Assembly (NCBI GenBank): GCA_963667205.1
Contig: OY762959.1
Location: 1,342,399 to 1,406,398, forward strand
Source of the DNA: Dehalococcoidia bacterium
Lineage (GTDB): Bacteria; Chloroflexota; Dehalococcoidia; SM23-28-2; RBG-16-64-32
Direction of reading: 5' to 3'
DNA: 64,000 nucleotides
The notes beneath the pieces are model-generated. The model was not told the DNA's origin, made no database searches, and saw nothing but the letters and a program-made list of their open reading frames with translations. This document shows, in pieces, positions 50,667-59,836 of the stretch; the first letter of the stretch is position 1; each line of letters opens with the position of its first letter. Made by a program: the position numbers and the translations under genes.

Positions 50667-51566
50667 GTGATCATTGATGCCCACGCTCATGTTTTCGCCA
50701 ATCGCGCCTGGGCGCCGGAAGCCTTCTGGTCCGACTACAAGAAGACGCTGGCCGCCCGTCTCGCCTCGACCGCAGAAGACGTTGAACGCGACGTCCTCCC
50801 CGACCTCTGGGACCCGGACGGTCGCAAGCTAATCCAAGAGATGGATGCGCTGGGCATAGACCGGTCAGTGATCGTCTGCCTGGACTACGGACTGCTGGGC
50901 AAAGAGGAGATCTCCGTCGAGAGACTTCACGATGAGTATGCGGCGCTAATCCAGAGCCACAAGGACAGGCTTCTGTTCTGTACGTGCGTTGATCCGCGCC
51001 GGCCGGACGCCGAAGCGATTCTCACCCGGTCAATCAGGGAGTTGGGCGCGCGGATGCTGAAGCTCTACGCGCCCGCCGGCTTCTACCCGAACGACGAGAG
51101 CCTGTACCCGATCTACCGCCGTTGCCTCGAAGAGGGCATCCCGGTCATGCACCACATCGGGCCGGCGCCCGCGCTCTCCTTCAGGAGCAAGTACAGCCAG
51201 CCCGTCTACATCGACGACGTAGCCGCCGACTTTCCGGAGCTGACGATCGTGATGGCGCACGCGGGATACGACTGGTGGAGGGACGCCCTTGGGGTAGCTC
51301 GCGCGCGCCGCAACGTCTGGGTGGACCTGTCGGGCTGGGGCCGTCTTCTGCCGCACCGGCGCTACATCCTGGAGCCGCTGCGGGAGTTCCTCGACCTGAT
51401 CCCGGGCCGGGTGCTCTTCGGCACTGACCGGATCGGTCTGCCGGGCGGCATCGGCGACTTCCTGGACGTCTTCCAGAACCCGGGCGAGGACGCGCCGACG
51501 TTCACAGAAGACGAGATGGGCGATTTCCTGAGCGGTGCCACGACGCGGCTGCTCGGCCTGGAGTAA
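50667..51566 (+). CDS. Amidohydrolase-2 family metal-dependent hydrolase
   Basis: MIIDAHAHVF start (HxH metal ligands) on a TIM-barrel-hydrolase-length protein. Confidence 0.8.
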   Translation: MIIDAHAHVFANRAWAPEAFWSDYKKTLAARLASTAEDVERDVLPDLWDPDGRKLIQEMDALGIDRSVIVCLDYGLLGKEEISVERLHDEYAALIQSHKDRLLFCTCVDPRRPDAEAILTRSIRELGARMLKLYAPAGFYPNDESLYPIYRRCLEEGIPVMHHIGPAPALSFRSKYSQPVYIDDVAADFPELTIVMAHAGYDWWRDALGVARARRNVWVDLSGWGRLLPHRRYILEPLREFLDLIPGRVLFGTDRIGLPGGIGDFLDVFQNPGEDAPTFTEDEMGDFLSGATTRLLGLE

Positions 51567-51583
51567 GCAGGAGTTTCGCGGGC

Positions 51584-52828
51584 CTAGGCTTCTGACGCCT
51601 GGGCCGTGACGTCCTCCGCCTCGGCGTCCGTCAGTCCAAGCTCGCGGAGGATCTCCTCCGTATGTTCGCCAAGCAGCGGTGGTGCGTATCGATGCTTCGC
51701 CCGCTTGCCGCGAAGCCTGACCGGTTGGTCGATCACAGGCACTTTCCCGAGCTTTGGATGGTCCACGTGCGCGACTGTGCCTTCGATCGCAACCTGCGGA
51801 TGCGAGAAGAGGCTCTCGAAGGAGTTCACTCTCGTGTGGGGAACATCTTCCTCCTCGAAGAGCGCTTCCCAGTCAGCGGCTGAACGCGTCCGCAGAATGG
51901 CCGAGAGCTCGTCGGCCAGCTCGGAGCGGTGCGCTACTCGCTCCCGGTTCGACGTGAACTGCGGGCTCTCGTGCAGGTCCCAGCGATCGAGTGCCTTGCA
52001 CAGTTTCCTCCAGAAAGTCTCATTCAAGATTCCGATGATGAGATACTCGCCATCCTCCGTCTCAAACGCCTGGTAGGGAACGAGTTGGGGGTGCGAGCTG
52101 CCCAGCCGATCGACCTTCGTGCCGTGCATCAGGTGGCCCGTCGTGTGGTTCGAGAGCATGCTGACGACGACGTTGAGCATGGAGAGCTTCACGTGCTGAC
52201 CCTCGCCTGTACGCTCGCGCTCAACGACGGCAGCCAGCGCGCCCATGGCGGCGGCGTATCCAGTGCTGAGATCCGCCACCGGAGACCCCACCTTCACCGG
52301 CTCGCCACCCGCTACGCCGGTGATCCCCATGATCCCGGCGAACGCCTGGAGGATGATGTCCATGCCGGGCCGATCCCGGAGCGGGCCTTCCTCCCCGAAC
52401 GCCGTGATCGATACGTAGATCACGTTTGGATTGGAGCGCCTGATCACGTCATAGTCGAGCCCAAGCCGCTCCATGGTCCCGGGGCGGTAGTTCTCGACGA
52501 CGATGTCCGCGCCCTCGCAAAGCTTCAAGGCGACGTCGACGGCGCGCTCAGTCTTCAGGTCGAGGATGATGCTGCGCTTGTTTCTGTTCAGGCCCATGAA
52601 GTAGGTGCCAACGCCCGTCGAGCCCTTATCGTGCCAGCCCCGGATCATGTCTCCTTGCGGCGGCTCGACCTTGACGACGTCCGCACCAAAGTCAGCGAGG
52701 TGTTGCGTACAGAACGGACCGGCGGCGGCCTGGGAGAAGTCGATTACACGGTAGCCGTCCAGCGGACCGGCAACGCCATCGCCCGCCCCGGTGCCGGGTG
52801 AGGTCACGCGACGTGTGCGCTTTTCCAC
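51584..52828 (-). CDS. CoA-transferase family III (CaiB/BaiF) protein
   Basis: YRVIDFSQAAAGPFCTQHLADFGADVVKVE N-terminus. Confidence 0.9.
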   Translation of the reverse strand: MEKRTRRVTSPGTGAGDGVAGPLDGYRVIDFSQAAAGPFCTQHLADFGADVVKVEPPQGDMIRGWHDKGSTGVGTYFMGLNRNKRSIILDLKTERAVDVALKLCEGADIVVENYRPGTMERLGLDYDVIRRSNPNVIYVSITAFGEEGPLRDRPGMDIILQAFAGIMGITGVAGGEPVKVGSPVADLSTGYAAAMGALAAVVERERTGEGQHVKLSMLNVVVSMLSNHTTGHLMHGTKVDRLGSSHPQLVPYQAFETEDGEYLIIGILNETFWRKLCKALDRWDLHESPQFTSNRERVAHRSELADELSAILRTRSAADWEALFEEEDVPHTRVNSFESLFSHPQVAIEGTVAHVDHPKLGKVPVIDQPVRLRGKRAKHRYAPPLLGEHTEEILRELGLTDAEAEDVTAQASEA

Positions 52829-53832
52829 TTGACCGGGCCGACGTTCGGCAGACGCGACTGCAACGCGCGACCGGTGGCCTCGTTGTAATACCTGCTGACC
52901 TTGAGCACCTCGTCAACGGAGATCCCGGTCCGCGTTCCCATGCCTTCCAGCATCTCCACGAGGTCCTCCGTCGCGACGTTGCCCCACGCCTCCGGGATGA
53001 ACGGCACGTCGCCGCCAAGGCCCCCAAACGAGGAGTCGATCGTGAGGTTCTCTATCGGCGAGTCCAACACGGCCAGTGCATTGGCGATCCCAGCTCCCCG
53101 CGAGTCGTGAAAGTGAACGCTGATCGGGAAGTCGCCGACGATCTCCGAGACCGCTGCGAACATCTCGGACACCTGACGCGGGTCGGCCTGCCCGGTCGAA
53201 TCCGAGATAACGATCTCATCCACCTCGGCCGCTTCGTGCAGCCGTCGTACGGACGCGAAGACCACGGCGGGATCGATCGCCCCCTTCATGGAACAGCCGA
53301 AAGAGGCGCTGATGAAGACCATCGTCCGGAGGTCCTGCTTCTTCACTTCTTCAGCCTGTGCGATGACCTCTTCGATTCGCTCGTCCACCGTGCGATCGAG
53401 GCCGTTCGCCTTGAGTACCTCTTCGGAGGTCGCGTGAAGCAGGTGCACCTCGTCGATCAGGCCGGCCTCCGCCAACGCCAGCGCTCGATTGATCGCCCTC
53501 GTGTTCGGCGCGAGGGCGGAGATGATGACGCCTTCCACCGGTCCCAGCTGCTCAAGCACCGCTTCGGCATCGGCCATGTGAGGCATCGCCTTAGGACTGA
53601 CGAGCGAGACGGCGTTGATCGTCTTGCAGCCGGCCTCGATTAGCCCCTGTATCAGGCGCACCTTCACATCGGTCTCGACGATGCCGGCCTCGGCCTGGAG
53701 AGCCTCTCGTGGGCCCACCTCCCGTATCTTCACGCTGTCCCTGAACCTCATATCCCCATACCTTTCATTCGGATCTAGAACGCGACCCCTTCGTCCCTCC
53801 AGCTGCCGAACACACCCCGCAGGCCGTCGCAT
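52804..53832 (-). CDS. HMG-CoA lyase-like (HMGL family) protein
   Basis: VKIREVGPREALQAE...LIEAGCKTINAVSLVSPKAMPHMADAE matches the HMGL-like TIM-barrel. Confidence 0.85.
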   Translation of the reverse strand: MRRPAGCVRQLEGRRGRVLDPNERYGDMRFRDSVKIREVGPREALQAEAGIVETDVKVRLIQGLIEAGCKTINAVSLVSPKAMPHMADAEAVLEQLGPVEGVIISALAPNTRAINRALALAEAGLIDEVHLLHATSEEVLKANGLDRTVDERIEEVIAQAEEVKKQDLRTMVFISASFGCSMKGAIDPAVVFASVRRLHEAAEVDEIVISDSTGQADPRQVSEMFAAVSEIVGDFPISVHFHDSRGAGIANALAVLDSPIENLTIDSSFGGLGGDVPFIPEAWGNVATEDLVEMLEGMGTRTGISVDEVLKVSRYYNEATGRALQSRLPNVGPVKWKSAHVA

Positions 53833-55469
53833 ACTTCTCCTATCGTCGCCCCCTGCCTGAAGGCGTTGATCAACGGCTCGACCATGTTGTCGGTCCCCTC
53901 GGCAGCCGCCACCATGAGTTCGAGCGCCTCGTCAACATCGGCCTGCGAGCGCCCCTGCCGGCAGCGGAGCAGTCGTTCGATCTGCCTTTCCGCCGACTTA
54001 CCCTTTATTTTGAACGGCTTGATCGAACTCGATCCGTTGCTCTGCTGCTTGAAGCGGTTGACACCAACGACCGTCCTGGTCCCCTCTTCGATCTCTTTCT
54101 GATAAGCGTAAGCTGAGTCGTCGATTCGGCCGCGGAGGTAGCCGCTCTTGAGAGCCGCGATCACGCCGCCGATCTGCTCGACATCATCCATCGAACTCTT
54201 GATTCGCCCTTCGAGTTCGTCGGTCAGGTGCTCTACCAGCCAGCTGCCACCCAGAGGATCGGCAACCGAGCCGATGCTCGTTTCGTAGGCGAGGATGTTC
54301 TGCGTTGCCACCGCCAGCCGTGAGGCCTCCTGCGAGGGAGTCGCCAGCGCCTCATCGATGGAGAGGGTGCCAATGTGCTGAACACCTCCGAGCGCTGCGG
54401 CGAGAGCCATGAGTGTGATGCGAACGCTGTTGTTCAGGGGCTCTTGTGCCGTCAGACGATATCCGGCGGTGTACAGACTGACGCGTAGCTGCTGGCTCTC
54501 CGGCAGCTTGGCGCCGTAATCTTCCTTCATCATTCGCGCCCAGACTCGTCGCGCGGCGCGGAACTTCGCCACTTCTTCCAGCAGGTCCATGTCCGACGCG
54601 AGATGCAGTTCGAGCAGGGGACCGAACTCGTCGATGTCCAGTCCTCTTCGCAGCAACTCATCGATGTAGATGCGGGCCGAGGCGATGCCGAATGCGATCT
54701 CCTGAACAGCGTCCCCGCCCGACCACCGGTACTGACTACCGCAGATGCCTATCGGCTTCCAGTTGTCGAGCCGGTTGCGGACGGCGTACTCGATAACGTC
54801 ACAGGAAAGACGAATCGATGGCTCGATCGGGAAGATGAAAGTACCGCGGCCTGTGAACTCCTTCAGCGGATCGTTCTGCAGATGGAGGACGAAGTCGTTG
54901 GGATCAACCCGCTGGTGCTCAGCGAGCAGGACGAACCAGGCGGCCGCCATCGGCCCGATGCAGTTGCCGACGGTGAACACCACACCGGCCTCGGCAAGCG
55001 GAATCTCATCGAATAGGTCTCGAACGTCGTCGAAGGCGTCGATTGCCACGCCGACCCGCCCGACTTCGCCGAGTGCGTCGCCGTGGTCCGAGTCCAGCCC
55101 CAGCTGCGTGGGCAGATCAAGGGCGATGTTCACCCCCGACGCGCCGCCCTCCAGGAGCTGCTTGTAGCGCTCGCGCGCGTCTTCGACGTTCCCAAAGCCG
55201 GCGTAGAGGTCGAAATGCCACACCTTCTGCCGATAGCCGTCTGGCGTTAGTCCGCGAGTAAACGGGTACTCTCCCGGCTTCTCTCCGGGAGCGTTCTCAT
55301 CGGCAGCCTTCAGATCTTCCGGGCCGTAGGAGGGAGCGAGGGGAATGCGAGAGTCCGTCGAGTGGACCCGCAGCACCTTCTCACCCTTCCACGCCTCTTC
55401 TACTGTGATCGCGTCGGGATCATGCTCAGAAGAGCCCGGCGGGCCGTGAGTTTCTTGCGCATCCATCTC
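53775..55469 (-). CDS. Acyl-CoA mutase large substrate-binding subunit, second paralogue (no adjacent B12 subunit)
   Basis: Mutase barrel sequence (YPFTRGLTPDGYRQKVWHFDLYAGFG...). Start taken at the internal ATG (MDAQETHG). Confidence 0.8.
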   Translation of the reverse strand, partial: EMDAQETHGPPGSSEHDPDAITVEEAWKGEKVLRVHSTDSRIPLAPSYGPEDLKAADENAPGEKPGEYPFTRGLTPDGYRQKVWHFDLYAGFGNVEDARERYKQLLEGGASGVNIALDLPTQLGLDSDHGDALGEVGRVGVAIDAFDDVRDLFDEIPLAEAGVVFTVGNCIGPMAAAWFVLLAEHQRVDPNDFVLHLQNDPLKEFTGRGTFIFPIEPSIRLSCDVIEYAVRNRLDNWKPIGICGSQYRWSGGDAVQEIAFGIASARIYIDELLRRGLDIDEFGPLLELHLASDMDLLEEVAKFRAARRVWARMMKEDYGAKLPESQQLRVSLYTAGYRLTAQEPLNNSVRITLMALAAALGGVQHIGTLSIDEALATPSQEASRLAVATQNILAYETSIGSVADPLGGSWLVEHLTDELEGRIKSSMDDVEQIGGVIAALKSGYLRGRIDDSAYAYQKEIEEGTRTVVGVNRFKQQSNGSSSIKPFKIKGKSAERQIERLLRCRQGRSQADVDEALELMVAAAEGTDNMVEPLINAFRQGATIGEVCDGLRGVFGSWRDEGVAF

Positions 55470-55694
55470 ATCGCCCCTTCTGCGAAGACCCCCGAAGCGA
55501 TCGGGTGCAGCGGCCACAGCGTGCTGGTTGGTTGGAGGATCACTGAGCCGCGTTTCCGGAATCTGCGCGACGTTCGTCAGCGCTAGCATAGCCAGCGCTC
55601 CGACAGGCTGTCAATTCGCGCGGCGTATGGGAATTGGGGCGCGCCAGACCCGTATCGCTCGACGAGTCCCTATAATGCGGATCGGAGGTTATCT

Positions 55695-56933
55695 ATGGCG
55701 TTCACTCTTACGATGCCGGAGGTTGGCGAGACCGTGACTGAAGGTACGATCGAGCGCTGGCTCAAGAAGCCCGGCGACAAGCTGGAGAAGTACGAACCTA
55801 TCGTCGAGATCGATACCGACAAGGTGATGGTGGAGCTGCCGTCCCCGGTCAACGGCACTCTGAAGGAGATTATCGCGGCGGAAGGTTCCACCGTGGAAGT
55901 CGGCGGCGAGCTGGCCATCATCGACGCAGCGCCCGGAGAAGTTCCGGTAGAGATCGGGCCTCCCAAAACTGAAGGAGCGGCAGCGGCGCCCGCAGCCGCC
56001 GCCACGCGATCCGCCGGCGCGGCCAAGGCCGAGACGCGTCGACCGGATGCGACGAAGCCGGGCAGCGGGCGGACGCGCGCGACGCCCAGGATCCGCCGCC
56101 TGGCCGCGGAACTCAACGTCGATCTCGAGGACGTTGCGGGCAGCGGTTCCGGCGGCAGAATCCTCGAAGACGACGTGCGCGCCGCCGCAGACTCCGCCGG
56201 GGGAAAGGCGGCCCCGGCCGCCGCGGTCGCGGAAGGAGACGAAGTCGTCCCGCTCACGGGCATCCGCCGCACGATCGCGCGGCGGATGAGTGAGTCCGCG
56301 TTCAGCGCGCCCCTGGCCTGGCTGGTGATCGAGGCGGACGTCACTGATCTCGTCCACCTCCGCAAGGCGCAGCGCGAAGCGTTTCAGAAGCAGCACGGAG
56401 TCAGCCTGACGTACCTCCCGTTCATGGCGAAGGCGGTCTCTGAGGCGCTCGCCGAGCATCCGTACCTCAACGCCTCGTGGGACGAGGACAAGATCATCTT
56501 GCGAGGGGCGATCAACCTTGGCATCGCCGTCGGTACCGAGCGCGGCCTCGTCGTCCCGGTGGTGCCCGACGCTGACAGCCTTAGCGTCTCGGCTCTTGCG
56601 CAGGCGATCGCCGATCTCGGCGAGAGGGCGCGCGCTAACAAGCTGCGGCTGGAGGACGTTCAGGGGGGCACGTTCACGCTGGACAACACGGGTGCCTTCG
56701 GATCGATCCTATCGAAGCCGATCATCAACCTCGGGCAGTCGGCGATCGTAACGCTGGAGGCAGTGACGAAGCAGCCACGCGTAGTGAGTGATGATGCGAT
56801 CGCCGCGCGGTCCGTGGTCGCGGTCTGCCTGTCGTTCGACCACCGAGTTCTCGACGGCCACCAGGCGGGCGCGTTCCTGCAGGACCTGAAGTCGCGACTG
56901 GAAGCGATTGCGCCCGACGGTACCATCGAGTGA
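55695..56933 (+). CDS. 2-oxoacid dehydrogenase E2 component (dihydrolipoamide acyltransferase), stand-alone
   Basis: Lipoyl domain (IVEIDTDKVMVELPSP), Ala/Pro linker, and a catalytic domain with DHRVLDG. Confidence 0.85.
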   Translation: MAFTLTMPEVGETVTEGTIERWLKKPGDKLEKYEPIVEIDTDKVMVELPSPVNGTLKEIIAAEGSTVEVGGELAIIDAAPGEVPVEIGPPKTEGAAAAPAAAATRSAGAAKAETRRPDATKPGSGRTRATPRIRRLAAELNVDLEDVAGSGSGGRILEDDVRAAADSAGGKAAPAAAVAEGDEVVPLTGIRRTIARRMSESAFSAPLAWLVIEADVTDLVHLRKAQREAFQKQHGVSLTYLPFMAKAVSEALAEHPYLNASWDEDKIILRGAINLGIAVGTERGLVVPVVPDADSLSVSALAQAIADLGERARANKLRLEDVQGGTFTLDNTGAFGSILSKPIINLGQSAIVTLEAVTKQPRVVSDDAIAARSVVAVCLSFDHRVLDGHQAGAFLQDLKSRLEAIAPDGTIE

Positions 56934-56979
56934 GTCGTTCGCAGATGCGCATTCAGACCATGACCGGGGGATAGGCCAC

Positions 56980-57957
56980 TTGGTATCGGCAGCAGTATTC
57001 CTACCGCAGGGCGGACGCCTTGAGTTCCTCGACTACGCGACGGAGCAAGTCGGGGAGGCCCTTCTGCGAGTCGCGATGGTCGCCGAAGAGGTGGGCTACG
57101 ATTCAGTCTTGCTCACAGACCACATGCACTCCCCGGCGCCGATCGCGGCGCCGGTACTGGAGTGCTGGACCTCGGTCGCCGCGGTGGCGGGGGCGACTTC
57201 GAAGGTGCGCATCGGCCAGATGGTGACCTACTTCGGCTTTAGGGCGCCGGCCCTCCTCGCCAAGATGGCGGCCAGCGTCGATTCTCTGAGCGCCGGCAGA
57301 CTGGAGGTCGGCCTGGGCGCCGGATGGTATCGAAGTGAGACCGAGGCTTACGGACTGGCCTTCGAGGGGGCCGCGGGCCGGCTCGATCGACTCGAGGAGT
57401 ACATCAGAATCTTGCAGCTGATGTGGCGGGAGGAAGTGGCGTCATTCGAGGGCCGGTACTTCACGATCAAGGGGGCGCGGTGTGACCCCAAGCCCGTGCG
57501 CGGAACGATCCCGCTCTGGATCGGCGGCGGCGGTATCAAGCGCACCATTCCGCTTGTCGCCCGATACGCCGATGGGGCCAACTTCTCGGGCGAGCTACCC
57601 GATTTCAAGACCCGGGTGGACGCGCTGAGGGCTCACTGCGAATCCAACGCCCGGGACTTCGCCGATGTGCGGGTATCGTTGCCGGTCGACGTTGCCATCG
57701 CGGCCGATCGGGAGTCGGCCCAACGCCAGATGGACTTCCACCACGGCCGGTTGCAGCGCCAGGACCTCTCAGCGTTCGAAGGCGCCCCTCTCGTCTACTC
57801 CGTGGATGCCATAGGCACACCTGAGGACGTGATCGAGGTGCTGACCCCTTACCTGCGAGAGGGAGCGACCGATCTCGCTGTATGGTTCGCAGACTTTCCG
57901 GACACCGCGGGCATGGAGCTCTTCGCCCGCGAGGTGTTGCCACGCCTCCAGGGCTAG
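56980..57957 (+). CDS. LLM-class (luciferase-like) F420/flavin-dependent oxidoreductase
   Basis: LLM pattern (VSAAVFLPQ... GLGAGWYRSE...) with a probable TTG start. Confidence 0.75.
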   Translation: MVSAAVFLPQGGRLEFLDYATEQVGEALLRVAMVAEEVGYDSVLLTDHMHSPAPIAAPVLECWTSVAAVAGATSKVRIGQMVTYFGFRAPALLAKMAASVDSLSAGRLEVGLGAGWYRSETEAYGLAFEGAAGRLDRLEEYIRILQLMWREEVASFEGRYFTIKGARCDPKPVRGTIPLWIGGGGIKRTIPLVARYADGANFSGELPDFKTRVDALRAHCESNARDFADVRVSLPVDVAIAADRESAQRQMDFHHGRLQRQDLSAFEGAPLVYSVDAIGTPEDVIEVLTPYLREGATDLAVWFADFPDTAGMELFAREVLPRLQG

Positions 57958-57970
57958 CCGCTCGGCGCCG

Positions 57971-59749
57971 CTAGCTCTTGCCGGCAGACCGCAGCTCAGC
58001 GGTCTTCTTCGCGTCGACCGATCCGTCCGGTCGCACGGCCACTCGATAGGCGTCCCGCGCCGCGTCCGCGGAGACGTAGCCGTTCTTCACGTCCGCTGCA
58101 ACGAGTTCCGCGTCGCGCTCAGCCGGAGCGCCGTATCCGCCTCCGCCGCCGCCTTTGATCACGAATGCGTCGCCGACGTCGAGCAAGATGTTCGAGAACT
58201 TCGCGTTCGAAGCGACACCAAACAGCTCCGGAAAGCTGTGCTCTTGCCCGCCGCGGACGACGGCGAAGTCGTTGCCCGTACCTTCGAGCCCGCCTTCAAC
58301 ACCCCAGGGCTTCGAAACGACTCGATCGGCGCAGGCCGTTACGTACGTCTCCTCGAGGCATTCCATCGCGCGGACATCGCCGAGTCCGCCTCGTGTCCTG
58401 CCCGGTCCGGCGGAGTCGGTTCGGAGCTCGCGCTTCGAGAAGCGCACCGGGTAGCGGGCCTCCCAGACCTCGATCGACTCGTTTCCGCAGCAGCCCATCG
58501 GGTGCCATTCGGCGGTGAGACCGTCGCGCGAACGGCGCGCGCCGCAGCCCCCCGGGCCGAACGAGTACCAGAGATACTCCTCGCCTTCCTTGGTGAGCGA
58601 CCAGCCGGTGCAGTTGAGGCCGCCGCTGTAGCTGCCAGCCACGATGCGGTCGGGCACCGCCCCTGCCAACGCCCGCAGCACCGTCTCGCAGACCCTCGCC
58701 GAGGGATCTCCCGTGCCGAAGAACACCGGTGCCGGGTACGTCGGGTTGACGAGCGTGCCCAGAGGAGCTCGCACGTCGATCAGGTCGAGGATTCCGGAGT
58801 TCAGCGGCATCTCGGGATCGATCACCGCCTTCACGGCCGTTAGCACTCCCGCCTTCGTCAGCGCGAACGTGCAGTTCGCGGGCCCCTGCGCCTGCTCGCT
58901 CGAACCTTCGAAATCGACTGTGATCTTGTCCGGCGTCTTGCCGAGGGTCACCTTGATCAGAAACGGGCCGCCGCCGAAGCCGTCGTCGTCCATGACGTCC
59001 GATGACTCGAACCGCCCGTTGGGAAGAGTTGCCATACGCTCGCTGAACCTTCTGTGCGCGTAGTCAAGGCTGTACTGGATAGCGGCTCGTACCTCGGCGA
59101 CACCATGGCGTTCAGCCAGCTCTGCCATCCGGTCAGACGCCGCGTGTGCCGAGGAGATCTGCGCCTGTATGTCCCCCCAGATGAGGCGCGGCATGCGCAC
59201 GTTCTTGAGGATGAACTCCTGAACCTCACGCTGCAGCTTCCCGCCACGATACAGATGGCAGACGGGGATAATGAGCCCTTCCTGCACGACGTGGCGCGCC
59301 GAGCCGGACCAACCGCCCGCAGTCATTCCGCCGACGTCGGTCCAGTGCCCTCGGTTCACGCTGAGTCCGAGCAGCTCGCCGCCCGCGAACATCGGCGTCG
59401 CGATGACGACGTCGGCCTGGTGGCAGGCGCCGGTGTATGGGTCGTTGTGGAGGATGACGTCGCCCTCCTGAAGCTCGCCCGCCTGATCGAGGATCGTCTG
59501 GATCGCGTCGAAGAGTGAGCCGATGTGCAGCGGAAGTCCGGCCGCCTGCGCGAACAGGCGACCGCGGTCATCGAAGAGCGCGCAGGAGAAGTCGATCCCC
59601 TCGGCGAAGCACGTCGAGTAAGCGGACCGGATCGTCACGTTCGTCATCTCCCGGACGGCCGACAGGAAGTAGTTGCGCATGATTTCGGCCGTGACCGGGT
59701 CGACCCCTTTGGCCAGATCGGCGGCGGCTGAAGTGTTAGTAGTCGCCAT
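57971..59749 (-). CDS. Hydantoinase B / oxoprolinase B family protein (HyuB-like)
   Basis: VTAEIMRNYFLSAVREMTNVTIRSAYSTCFAEGIDF N-terminus. Confidence 0.9.
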   Translation of the reverse strand: MATTNTSAAADLAKGVDPVTAEIMRNYFLSAVREMTNVTIRSAYSTCFAEGIDFSCALFDDRGRLFAQAAGLPLHIGSLFDAIQTILDQAGELQEGDVILHNDPYTGACHQADVVIATPMFAGGELLGLSVNRGHWTDVGGMTAGGWSGSARHVVQEGLIIPVCHLYRGGKLQREVQEFILKNVRMPRLIWGDIQAQISSAHAASDRMAELAERHGVAEVRAAIQYSLDYAHRRFSERMATLPNGRFESSDVMDDDGFGGGPFLIKVTLGKTPDKITVDFEGSSEQAQGPANCTFALTKAGVLTAVKAVIDPEMPLNSGILDLIDVRAPLGTLVNPTYPAPVFFGTGDPSARVCETVLRALAGAVPDRIVAGSYSGGLNCTGWSLTKEGEEYLWYSFGPGGCGARRSRDGLTAEWHPMGCCGNESIEVWEARYPVRFSKRELRTDSAGPGRTRGGLGDVRAMECLEETYVTACADRVVSKPWGVEGGLEGTGNDFAVVRGGQEHSFPELFGVASNAKFSNILLDVGDAFVIKGGGGGGYGAPAERDAELVAADVKNGYVSADAARDAYRVAVRPDGSVDAKKTAELRSAGKS

Positions 59750-59836
59750 GGTGGATGGTCCTCTCTCCTTCTCGCCTGATAATCAGTATAGCGCTACTAC
59801 TGAAGTGCTCCGGGCCCAGGCCGACGCTGGCGACTG

